Positions 43,129 through 51,777 of a stretch of DNA of 64,000 bases are shown piece by piece (the first letter of the stretch is position 1; every line of letters starts with the position of its first letter). Position numbers and translations under genes: made by a program. Origin of the DNA: a virus. The stretch is taken from IMG/VR virus record IMGVR_UViG_3300027733_000001. The stretch is one strand, 5' to 3'. Below the pieces are notes generated by a model, which did not search any database, was not told where the DNA came from, and was given only the letters and a program-made list of their open reading frames with translations.

Positions 43129-43386
43129 ATGAGTAACCGAGTAGAACTACCTATTGTGACAGAAACTGCCCCGGAGAATACGCATGTATCTTTGCTGCTC
43201 ATTGCGGACGGATTGCGTCAGGCTGAGCAAAATCTGAAAGAGCAGGAAGAGAATGTAAGGAAATTGTCAGAACAGCTCAATCAGCTGCAGCAGCTACGTG
43301 TTGCTACTACTGCACAAAGAAACCTATTATCTGATCTTCAAAACAAAATTATAGAGCTGTCAAACACGCAGCCTCCTACTAAATAG
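43129..43386 (+). CDS. Coiled-coil hypothetical protein
   Basis: 85 aa heptad-rich. Confidence 0.6.
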   Translation: MSNRVELPIVTETAPENTHVSLLLIADGLRQAEQNLKEQEENVRKLSEQLNQLQQLRVATTAQRNLLSDLQNKIIELSNTQPPTK

Positions 43387-43389
43387 CTT

Positions 43390-43728
43390 ATGTTTACGAT
43401 TGTCGCTGTAGCTTTCATCGTAGGTTATCTTATGCTCTTATGGCTCAAGACAGATGCCTTTGCAGAGTATATGAACCTTTTAAGGTTGAATGATTGGTTG
43501 CACCTGGATGAGTACAATCAACTTCATCGTGAAGGCTACAGCGGCAACTATCCTGATTTTTTGTACGAATACTACAAGGATAAGTTTTTTGTAAGATTGG
43601 TTACCTGTCCCATGTGCTTAAGTTTCTGGACAGGCATTATCTCAGCACTATACATAGACTCATTCAGTGGGTTGCTGTGCGCTCCTTTGATCTTGTTTTC
43701 TTACTTGTTATTTAATAAGATGCTTTAA
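43390..43728 (+). CDS. Membrane protein with CxxC (DUF1360-like)
   Basis: N-terminal TM, LVTCPMCLSFW, further hydrophobic segments. Confidence 0.5.
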   Translation: MFTIVAVAFIVGYLMLLWLKTDAFAEYMNLLRLNDWLHLDEYNQLHREGYSGNYPDFLYEYYKDKFFVRLVTCPMCLSFWTGIISALYIDSFSGLLCAPLILFSYLLFNKML

Positions 43729-46694
43729 TGTCGCTAAAAATTGATCCTACGTCGGTACATCTAGGTAAGAACGCTGGAGGAGCTATAGACAATGTTTATG
43801 TCGCCAGTTACGTTCCCACCGATCCTGCCACGTTACCAATTACATGTAATCTTCCGCCTGCATTAAATTACACTCCAGGCAGCGCGACACTGATACCGCT
43901 TCAACCATCTTGTACATACAATTTTGCTGATGTGTTGGGAATTCCCCCAACTCCTCCTCCCCCTAATCCTGTACCATATAAAGCTTGTGAGTCGCTAACA
44001 GCTACTTCAAATATTATAACCACAGAGGCTACCAAAAATTCTTCATTAAGCCTCGTTGCCAGTGGTCCTATTATATCTGAAACCGGTACAGCCGACTGTA
44101 CAATAAAGTTGGTGGGTATTTTAGATATTTCCGCCTGTAGTGACTTTTCAGCCAACTCTATAGTTTCTTTCAGCAATGCAGCTGCAGGTTCTTCTCTAGC
44201 AGTAACTGCAGCTAGTGCTCCTCATTGTGGAGTCACTCTTATAGGTAACATAGATATTAGCGCTTGCGAAAGTTTTACAGCTACCTCAAAAATTACATAC
44301 GGAGGAGCACTGCAAGGCTCGTATCTGAACTTTGTTTCTCGAAGTATCCCAGATTGTGGTTTCGACCTGACCGGCGCATTCAATATTGATGCGTGTGAAA
44401 CGTTTAACGCTCAATCGAATATTGCCATCACTGGGGCAGCAGTCAAAAGAAGTATTTTTGAAATATCTCCTCAGTCTACACCAAATTGCGGATTTGTGCT
44501 GACCGGTGACGTAGTCATTGACGCCTGTACAGACTTTACAGCGACAGGAGGAATTAACTTTTTAGGCGCCGCAGTGAAATCTAGTTCGGTTAAAGTTGTT
44601 GCTGCAGAACAACCTAACTGCGGACTGGTATTATCTGGAGATGTAGTCATTGATGCTTGCGCCACGTTCACAGCAGTAAACAACTTTAAAATCACTTCAT
44701 CTAGTGGTGTAGTGAATACGATTACACCAATATCAATCGTATCGCAAAGTACTCCAGACTGCGGGTTTACTCTCAACGGTGAAGTCAGTATTGACGCTTG
44801 TGCTAGTGCAAACGTAAGCATCATTCCAGACCCTCAACAGCTAGGTTTTATAAACTTAAGGATAGGTGTGCCTCAAGGGCAACCAGCTAGTGCCGGATTG
44901 ATATATTCTTCAGCACCATTGTCTTTACGTAGTAGCACAGTCTATCAGGAAGGATGCAATACGACCTTATCCATCTCGATGGACTCTATTGACCTCCAGC
45001 TTCCTGGATACCCTGCAGTTATCGACTATACTCCGGGTGTTCTGGATGGATGTATGTGGGAGGAAAATACGGACGGTATATACCTATATCAAGATCCGTA
45101 CAGCGAAGCTTTATACATCGCTGGAGCTATACCGAAACCTTGTTTTGTATGCGATTCGAGCAGCTATAAGCAGGCAGATGGGCAGGTTCGACCTTTTGTT
45201 TATACTGACCTAGAACTGAACACTCTCAGCGTTAATAAACTTGTTGCTCCGCAATGCTGCACGATCAATGCAGATAATCTACTAGACCTCTGTAACGGGT
45301 ATTTTCAATTCCTAGATATTAACGGCGCTCAGGTAAACATAGAGTCCAAATCTATCCAGATATCTTCAGATGCATACAACTATACGCAGATCTATCCATC
45401 AGATATTCGTGTAGCTGACGCCTACCGTAATGCTCAGCTAGAGTCTGGGTCACTCACACTAGACGATACATCTCTGCCCAACTCGTTCATGTATGCTACC
45501 GCTCATTCATTGAGCTACTCTGATGCACTTAACGATGAGTTTAATCTAACTGCGCAGCAGCTCTCGTTCACTGCTCCGGACTTGAGCAATGTCATTGTTA
45601 ATACGGAAGGTGTGTATGCTAACTCTTGTGCAGGCAACTACGCCGCGATGCAGGACAATGCACTCACTATGGCTCCTTTTGTTGGTTCGGCCACCTATAT
45701 GCAGTTAACCAGCAGTATTCTTAGTCTAGTGTCGAGTGGTACAACCTACGCAAATCACGCACCCAACTACTCGTACCTCTATACACCCACGTATTACAAC
45801 TACATGGATAGTTACGGTTTAATGACTAACACCATAGGTACAGGTCAAATCGCAAAAGTCCGCCCTACAGGGTTTTATGTGGAGACGGATGTAAATCATG
45901 GAGCCTGGATGCAACCTGACTATATGGGTATAAAGGCGTCTAACGAAACTTGGACCAGAGTTGATCCCTACCAGGTGGCTGTATATGGGCTAAATAGTTT
46001 AGGTGCAGCATCTGCTGCCAACATAACACCTACTAATGTATATGTTGGAGGTCACTCTGGAGGCTACCCGTACACATATATGGCAGACAACTATTTTTCT
46101 GCCAATGAGTCAGATCTTAAATATTCAAGCATTACGCCAACCACGCTATATATCCAGGCTGACAACAATACATATTCCTATGTTTCTCCGTACGACATAA
46201 AAGCGGTTAAAATTGACGGTAATGGAACACATCAAGCATACCACAACCCCTGGGAGTTCAGAGTTACAGCAGCCAATAACATTAGATATGCTAATTTATC
46301 TGAAGGCAGCGTATATGTACAACAGGACACTAGCAACTATTCCTATCTCGCTTCGGGCGAAATAAAATCTGTCAGTGGTGTATGTTATACGTACCAAAAT
46401 CCTTGGGAACACAAAGCCTCAAGTACCGACTCTACCGATTACGGTTCTCTAGGACGCACGTGGGTGCAAGTAGGGAAGGACAGTACTAAAGGTACCCTAA
46501 CTAAAGACACACTAAAATTAGAAACCAGTAACATATCGTATACGCAGATGACCCACGGCACGATAACTATTAACGGTAAAAACGTATATCTTGAGCCCAA
46601 AAATGCTAATAACGCCTATTTCAGAGCTCTAACTGTATGTACAAACGTATCTACTGGTGCAACCGCCACTATATACGTATTGGCTCACGACTAA
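43728..46694 (+). CDS. Tail fibre/spike with Cys-containing repeats and beta-helix-like C-terminus
   Basis: 988 aa, six 43-50 aa repeats with paired Cys, Tyr/Ser-rich strand repeats, C-terminal FRALTVCTN. Confidence 0.6.
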   Translation: MSLKIDPTSVHLGKNAGGAIDNVYVASYVPTDPATLPITCNLPPALNYTPGSATLIPLQPSCTYNFADVLGIPPTPPPPNPVPYKACESLTATSNIITTEATKNSSLSLVASGPIISETGTADCTIKLVGILDISACSDFSANSIVSFSNAAAGSSLAVTAASAPHCGVTLIGNIDISACESFTATSKITYGGALQGSYLNFVSRSIPDCGFDLTGAFNIDACETFNAQSNIAITGAAVKRSIFEISPQSTPNCGFVLTGDVVIDACTDFTATGGINFLGAAVKSSSVKVVAAEQPNCGLVLSGDVVIDACATFTAVNNFKITSSSGVVNTITPISIVSQSTPDCGFTLNGEVSIDACASANVSIIPDPQQLGFINLRIGVPQGQPASAGLIYSSAPLSLRSSTVYQEGCNTTLSISMDSIDLQLPGYPAVIDYTPGVLDGCMWEENTDGIYLYQDPYSEALYIAGAIPKPCFVCDSSSYKQADGQVRPFVYTDLELNTLSVNKLVAPQCCTINADNLLDLCNGYFQFLDINGAQVNIESKSIQISSDAYNYTQIYPSDIRVADAYRNAQLESGSLTLDDTSLPNSFMYATAHSLSYSDALNDEFNLTAQQLSFTAPDLSNVIVNTEGVYANSCAGNYAAMQDNALTMAPFVGSATYMQLTSSILSLVSSGTTYANHAPNYSYLYTPTYYNYMDSYGLMTNTIGTGQIAKVRPTGFYVETDVNHGAWMQPDYMGIKASNETWTRVDPYQVAVYGLNSLGAASAANITPTNVYVGGHSGGYPYTYMADNYFSANESDLKYSSITPTTLYIQADNNTYSYVSPYDIKAVKIDGNGTHQAYHNPWEFRVTAANNIRYANLSEGSVYVQQDTSNYSYLASGEIKSVSGVCYTYQNPWEHKASSTDSTDYGSLGRTWVQVGKDSTKGTLTKDTLKLETSNISYTQMTHGTITINGKNVYLEPKNANNAYFRALTVCTNVSTGATATIYVLAHD
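43983..44801 (+). repeat. Six tandem 43-50 aa two-Cys repeats
   Basis: Consensus AC-x2-F-x-A...S-x-P-x-CG-x2-L-x-G-x3-ID. Confidence 0.85.
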
Positions 46695-46706
46695 AACAAT
46701 AAGCTT

Positions 46707-47717
46707 ATGCCTCAGCTACCGGCAGTCGGAAATTCCTGTAAGTGTGATTGCAAAAAAATAGATCCGCCTGTAATCACTAGCGCAGGAAGTGCATCTGGTG
46801 AAGCTAAAAAAGCTTTTTCTTACACCATAACTGCAACAAACAGTCCGACTTCTTATAATGCTACAGGCTTACCGGCAGGGCTGAACATCAACACATCCAA
46901 TGGAGTTATTAGCGGAACACCTACAACAGCAGGTACGTACACTATAACAATATCTGCAAAAAATGATGGAGGTACAGGAACAAAAACACTTACACTGACT
47001 GTAGCTGCTGCCGTAATACCTGCGACTTGGCTACGCATCCAGGCTACATTCGACCTCGGCGGCTTATCAGCTATGGCGCGCCTGAGTAGTGTAGCTGGAC
47101 AATACGCTGGTGCCGAAGCGGTGAGTAACGGCTATCGCGATTGTATGCAAACTTCTCTTCTAAATAATTCTACATATATTAAATTTACAGGTTACACACC
47201 GGCCTGGACAATAACATGGTTAAACGGACGCACTTTTTATGACTCAGAGCGTTATTCAGGCAATCTTGCTTTTACTGCTGATGCTGCTCTTTACAAAGAG
47301 GTACAATTAGGCGGGTACCCAAATTACAGCTGCTCTTATCTATGGGATATAAACGTAGCCTTATGGCGACAATATAACCCAACTGTTCAATTCATGAACG
47401 GTACCATACCTGGTATTTGGCGCCACGACGCAGGAAACTATGGGAACCCAAGCCTAGGAAATTTTAATATATGGTCTGCTTTTTATACAGCGGCACCATT
47501 AACAGGTTATGATAACCCTAATGGAATTAGGCAGCCCAATGCTTCCGCCAGTTGGATTAGAGGTACCGAAAAATCTTTCGGTGTACCTTCAGGTTGGTGG
47601 TCTGGAAAGGGTAGCTGGTGTTACTATTTTGTATATGCCAGAAATTTTTCGTTTTCCGGGAACAATACGGCCGCATTTTCAATAGATACCTGGAACAGTA
47701 CTTACACATTGAGCTAA
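46707..47717 (+). CDS. Putative Ig-domain (He_PIG) virion protein
   Basis: PVITS...FSYTITATNSPTSYNATGLPAGLNINTSNGVISGTPT; N-terminal CKCDC; aromatic-rich C-terminal domain. Confidence 0.75.
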   Translation: MPQLPAVGNSCKCDCKKIDPPVITSAGSASGEAKKAFSYTITATNSPTSYNATGLPAGLNINTSNGVISGTPTTAGTYTITISAKNDGGTGTKTLTLTVAAAVIPATWLRIQATFDLGGLSAMARLSSVAGQYAGAEAVSNGYRDCMQTSLLNNSTYIKFTGYTPAWTITWLNGRTFYDSERYSGNLAFTADAALYKEVQLGGYPNYSCSYLWDINVALWRQYNPTVQFMNGTIPGIWRHDAGNYGNPSLGNFNIWSAFYTAAPLTGYDNPNGIRQPNASASWIRGTEKSFGVPSGWWSGKGSWCYYFVYARNFSFSGNNTAAFSIDTWNSTYTLS

Positions 47718-48406
47718 TGCTCTGGTACGTCCACTGTAGAGCTTAAAAATTCCTGATGATCAATCCATACAGGTTTTCCTGTAGAGTTATCTATCACTTG
47801 TCTGTATAACTTACCGTCGTCTCCTTTACGGATGTTATTCACAAAGAAATTTACTACACCGATTGTGGTGGCTTCTACAGTTTGAATAGGGTCCAACAAA
47901 CCAAATTGAGATTCATTAACCTCTCTAGAGCTATCTGGAATTGCCTCAGTAGATCCTATGCCTCCAGCCCCCATCTTGGTTACTTTGTGGGCTAGCATAT
48001 ATTGCTCCATAGGATTAACCCCTTCGATGTTTTGAGCCAGTGAGTTTCCTACAAAAACACTCTTTACTTGGGGAGAAAAAAACCCTGCATGTAACCAAGA
48101 AAGATTTCTTTTCTGCCTAAGTTTGCTCTTAGCTTTAAACTGTACCTTACCTGCATCATGGTCGATATGCTCTTTCAGATAGTCTTCTGCTCCTAGAAAT
48201 TTAGAAAAAATTACATTGTCTCGATCGTCTGCTTCTACATGACGTCCAAAGACTTTTAATAGCTTTTTTGACGCATCTAGTATCAGTTGAGGAGTTACAT
48301 AGCTGATACTATTGCCTAGTGTGCGTCCCATGACCCCTGCATCAAGCTTCATGTTCTTGAAGTAGGTTTTCAACTCATTTATTTTTTCTTGTTTACTTAT
48401 AGCCAT
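47714..48406 (-). CDS. rpoB: RNA polymerase beta subunit, middle fragment
   Basis: SLAQNIEGVNPM...KVTKMGAGGI...SREVNESQFGLLDPIQTVEATTIG matches QLSQFMDQ.NPL...LSALGPGGL...RDVH.SHYGRICPIETPEGPNIG. Confidence 0.88.
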   Translation of the reverse strand: MAISKQEKINELKTYFKNMKLDAGVMGRTLGNSISYVTPQLILDASKKLLKVFGRHVEADDRDNVIFSKFLGAEDYLKEHIDHDAGKVQFKAKSKLRQKRNLSWLHAGFFSPQVKSVFVGNSLAQNIEGVNPMEQYMLAHKVTKMGAGGIGSTEAIPDSSREVNESQFGLLDPIQTVEATTIGVVNFFVNNIRKGDDGKLYRQVIDNSTGKPVWIDHQEFLSSTVDVPEH

Positions 48407-48414
48407 ATTTAGCT

Positions 48415-48443
48415 ATAGTAGATGAAAATTAGTATAAACTCAA
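48415..48443 (-). promoter_or_regulatory. sigma70-type promoter of beta middle fragment, near-leaderless
   Basis: TTGAGT-17-TACTAT-8-ATG. Confidence 0.65.
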
Positions 48444-48637
48444 AACAAATGACGTTCGAATTTGACTACAACCTAGACACCGACGAAATATCGATCGTCT
48501 ATGAAGGCTCATTCGTTCTTAAGGCAGAGTTTGATGGCGAGCGTCCAACTTTTCGTAATTTTGAAAAGGTTAAAGACGAAGAGATCGAAGCTATGCTAAA
48601 GAACCTTTGCCGTGCTGCGTTCAACGTGCTAGCCTAG
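48422..48637 (+). CDS. Small acidic hypothetical protein
   Basis: 71 aa, divergent from rpoB middle fragment. Confidence 0.55.
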   Translation: MKISINSKQMTFEFDYNLDTDEISIVYEGSFVLKAEFDGERPTFRNFEKVKDEEIEAMLKNLCRAAFNVLA

Positions 48638-48643
48638 CACCGT

Positions 48644-49087
48644 ATGAATAACACAGAAAGGATTCGTCCCAACTGGGATCAGTACGGTATGGTTTTGGCT
48701 TATGCTGCAGCTACTAGATCTCCAGACCCTTACGTGGCGGTAGGCGCAGCCGCATTTAGAAAAGATAGGTCTACTGTGGCTACAGGCTATAACGGAGCAC
48801 AAAGCGGGGTGGAAGTAGACTGGAGCGATAGAGATGCTCGCCGGCCTTTCGTAATACATGCAGAGTGCAACTGTTTGAAGTATTCCAAGCCTGGAGAGAT
48901 ATACTACCTATACGTTACACTTTCTCCCTGCTCGAACTGCATGGACTTGATAAAAGCTCACGGGGTACAAGAGGTCATATACGACGAACTGTACGAGAGA
49001 GATACAGCTGCATTTGAAAAAGCTAAAGAGTATGGCATACTCCTAAGGCATTGCTCCCTACCAGATGATTACGAAAAAACAATATAG
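48644..49087 (+). CDS. dCMP deaminase
   Basis: ATRSPDP..AVGA, ATGYNG, HAE, VTLSPCSNC. Confidence 0.9.
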   Translation: MNNTERIRPNWDQYGMVLAYAAATRSPDPYVAVGAAAFRKDRSTVATGYNGAQSGVEVDWSDRDARRPFVIHAECNCLKYSKPGEIYYLYVTLSPCSNCMDLIKAHGVQEVIYDELYERDTAAFEKAKEYGILLRHCSLPDDYEKTI

Positions 49088-49724
49088 CCTAGGTCCGAAG
49101 GCATATGTCAGTGCTGTTTCGTTAAAAACGAACATAGTTCTGCATGGCTCTTTTTCTAGAACCAAGTACAGTTACAATTCAGTACAGTCGGCAGAAACTT
49201 GCTTGATGGATAAGTGGAACACTACCGCTGATGCTTGCGGAGGCCACTATGTTATTGGACGAGACGGTACAATATACTCGTGCATTGATCCTCTATATTG
49301 GTCGAGTCATGTAGGGGCAGGCAAATATTTTCAGCAAGTCAACAGACGTACTATAGCTGTATTCCTGGTTAACGAGCTTTTTCTGGAGAAGTCTAACAGT
49401 CAGTATTATGCCTTCGGCTTTAAAGACCTGCATAGCAGCTTATACAAAGGTAAGGTGTTCGAGTCCTCGTTTAAAGGATACACATACTGGGCAGACTATG
49501 ATGAAGCACAGATACAGTCGCTTGCCCAATTACTCAAAGAGCTGTCTAGGGAGCACAGCATCCCTCTGACCATGCTGGGTAAATCTGCAGGGTATATGCA
49601 AGACGCTGACCTTAAAGCAGGTATAGTCTCGGGTTCAAATCTGAACAAATCTTCATATAGTTTGCCGCTACCTTCATGGGCAATTTCAAGCCTTGAAATG
49701 GAAGGCATTCAGATATTGAGATAA
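49065..49724 (+). CDS. Amidase_2 (N-acetylmuramoyl-L-alanine amidase) fold protein, probably catalytically inactive
   Basis: IVLH, HYVIGRDGTIY, WSSHVG, Y.EAQIQSLAQLL present; catalytic Glu and last two Zn ligands replaced. Confidence 0.75.
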   Translation: MITKKQYSLGPKAYVSAVSLKTNIVLHGSFSRTKYSYNSVQSAETCLMDKWNTTADACGGHYVIGRDGTIYSCIDPLYWSSHVGAGKYFQQVNRRTIAVFLVNELFLEKSNSQYYAFGFKDLHSSLYKGKVFESSFKGYTYWADYDEAQIQSLAQLLKELSREHSIPLTMLGKSAGYMQDADLKAGIVSGSNLNKSSYSLPLPSWAISSLEMEGIQILR

Positions 49725-49838
49725 AGGCAAGATTTAAATTTTCGCACCAGAAATTTAAGTTCTTGTAGGCAAAACCTAATTTTTGTTACTATATTAGGTC
49801 TACTAGGTGGCTAGTAGACAACCAAAAATAGTACACAT

Positions 49839-51689
49839 ATGAGCAAAGACTTTTTAAGTAAATTGGTGCATTACAGAACGTACGCAAAGTACCTCCCTGA
49901 GGAGATGAGGCGGGAGAGCAAGAACGAAACTATTAAGAGGAACATGGATATGCACATCCGTAAGTTTCCTCACCTGGCTGAAGCTATCGAAAAAGCCTAC
50001 GAGCAGGTTTATGCAGGTCGTGTAGTTCCTAGTATGCGTAGTTTCCAGTTCGCAGGAGAGGCTATCGAGCGTCGTAACAACAGAATGTTTAACTGCAGCT
50101 TCATCAACATCACCAAGTTCAGAGATTTTGCAGACTTGTTCTATATGAGCATGAGTGGTGTAGGTGTGGGTTTCAGTGTTAAAAAAGCTCACATCAAGCA
50201 GCTGCCTGCTATTCCTGATGGTGCTGTAGAAGCTCCGTATGTAATTGCAGATTCTGCAGAAGGCTGGTGCGACAGCTTGATGGAGCTTTTCCGTAATCCT
50301 GACCTACAGTTTGATTATACTGCAATCAGACCTATGGGTGCCGCTTTGAGTACAGGAGGCACAGCCAGCGGGCCGAAGGCACTGATCAAAATGCACGCCA
50401 ACGTTCGAGCTATCCTTAGAAAAGCTGTAGGCCGACAATTGACACCTTTTGAATGTCATCGTATCTCTTGCCTGATTGCTGATTGCGTTGTTGTGGGTGG
50501 TGTACGTAGAGGAGCACTAATCAGTTTGTTTGATGTAGATGATGAAGAGTTGTTGAACTGCAAGGCAGGCAATTGGTGGGATAAATATCCTGAACTCGCC
50601 AGAGCGAACAACTCGGCGGTTCTACGCAAAGACGATCCAGCGTTTAAGGAAAAGGCTGGTAAGGTAATCGATGCTTGTTTTGCTGGAGGGCAGGCTGAAC
50701 CTGGCCTAAGCTTAACTAACGATGATGAGATGGGCTTTAATCCCTGTCATGAGATCGCACTCAAAAGCATGGGTGTGTGTAATCTTACAGAGATCAATGC
50801 TGCTCAGTGCTTTAGCAAAGACGACTGGCTCAAAGCTGTGGTAAGTGCGACAATCATAGGCACTCTTCAGGCTACCTACACAGATTTTAAATATGTGCAG
50901 CCTGAGTGGAAAAAGAATGCGGATGAAGAGGCTTTGCTGGGTGTGAGTATTACTGGTCAGGCTGAAGCTCAGGCTATCCTTACTCCTGAAAACCTGTCCG
51001 AGGGAGCCAAGGCAGCTGTCGAAGTAAACAAACTCTGGGCATCGAAGCTAGGAATTAATCCAGCCAAGAGAATTACCACAACCAAACCGTCTGGCACCAG
51101 CAGTAGTTGGTTGGGTACAACTGCAGGCGTACACGCAGGTCATGAAATTAGATATATCCGCAGGGTACGCATGGATAAAGGCAGTGCACTAGGTAAAGCA
51201 TTGAGTAAGCGTTTCCCTGCCTTTGTTGTCGAAGACCCATTCAACAACAACGACATGATCATGCAAGTTCCTGTTAAATTGTATGACACAACATTGTTGC
51301 GCAATCAGGAAACTGCTGTACAGTGTCTTGAGCGTGTTAAGTCACTATATGACAACTGGATTGTTCCTGGCCATGTAGAAGGACCTAATACGCATAACAT
51401 CAGTCTAACGATCAACTATCACGAACATGAAAAAGACGCCATCAGAAGATGGATGTTGGATAACAGAAATTCTTATTATGGTATTAGTCTTATTCCATAT
51501 GATGGGGGTGACTATAAGTATTTGCCTTACAGCCAGCCTCCGCATCCTGAAGTATTTGAGATCCTCGATAAAGCTTTTGCATTGATTACAGAAGACTTCC
51601 GTTTCGAAGACATCAAAGAACGTAAAGATAACACCGATTTTAAAGGAGAGGCTGCATGTGCCGGTGGAGCTTGTACCCTAGAAATCTAG
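49839..51689 (+). CDS. nrdJ: Class II (adenosylcobalamin-dependent) ribonucleotide reductase
   Basis: FNCSF, GVGVGFS, VVVGGVRRGALI, NPCHEI, CNLTEIN, KPSGT, C-terminal CAGGAC; no NrdB partner. Confidence 0.92.
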   Translation: MSKDFLSKLVHYRTYAKYLPEEMRRESKNETIKRNMDMHIRKFPHLAEAIEKAYEQVYAGRVVPSMRSFQFAGEAIERRNNRMFNCSFINITKFRDFADLFYMSMSGVGVGFSVKKAHIKQLPAIPDGAVEAPYVIADSAEGWCDSLMELFRNPDLQFDYTAIRPMGAALSTGGTASGPKALIKMHANVRAILRKAVGRQLTPFECHRISCLIADCVVVGGVRRGALISLFDVDDEELLNCKAGNWWDKYPELARANNSAVLRKDDPAFKEKAGKVIDACFAGGQAEPGLSLTNDDEMGFNPCHEIALKSMGVCNLTEINAAQCFSKDDWLKAVVSATIIGTLQATYTDFKYVQPEWKKNADEEALLGVSITGQAEAQAILTPENLSEGAKAAVEVNKLWASKLGINPAKRITTTKPSGTSSSWLGTTAGVHAGHEIRYIRRVRMDKGSALGKALSKRFPAFVVEDPFNNNDMIMQVPVKLYDTTLLRNQETAVQCLERVKSLYDNWIVPGHVEGPNTHNISLTINYHEHEKDAIRRWMLDNRNSYYGISLIPYDGGDYKYLPYSQPPHPEVFEILDKAFALITEDFRFEDIKERKDNTDFKGEAACAGGACTLEI

Positions 51690-51721
51690 CCTGTTTAATT
51701 CGACGGGATTAGCTGATAGCT

Positions 51722-51769
51722 AAAAAAAAGAGCCGCTTGCCCAATACCCTGGGCGGCGGCTCTAGTTTT
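51722..51769. terminator. Terminator between convergent genes
   Basis: A8 then AGAGCCGC...GCGGCTCT stem followed by AGTTTT. Confidence 0.75.
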
Positions 51770-51777
51770 GTTAAGGG

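Noticed and set aside
27656-48406. Eukaryotic giant virus origin suggested by RNAP and SET genes
   Set aside because: RNAP motifs follow the bacterial pattern; contractile tail, SD sites, sigma70-type promoters and intrinsic terminators indicate a bacteriophage
27656-48406. Introns or inteins explaining the RNAP splits
   Set aside because: Each piece has its own start and stop, pieces lie on both strands, and no homing nuclease or intein motifs were seen
49725-49838. Cobalamin riboswitch or NrdR box before nrdJ
   Set aside because: Region is short and AT-rich without B12-box motifs; CTATATTAG is one base short of the NrdR palindrome core
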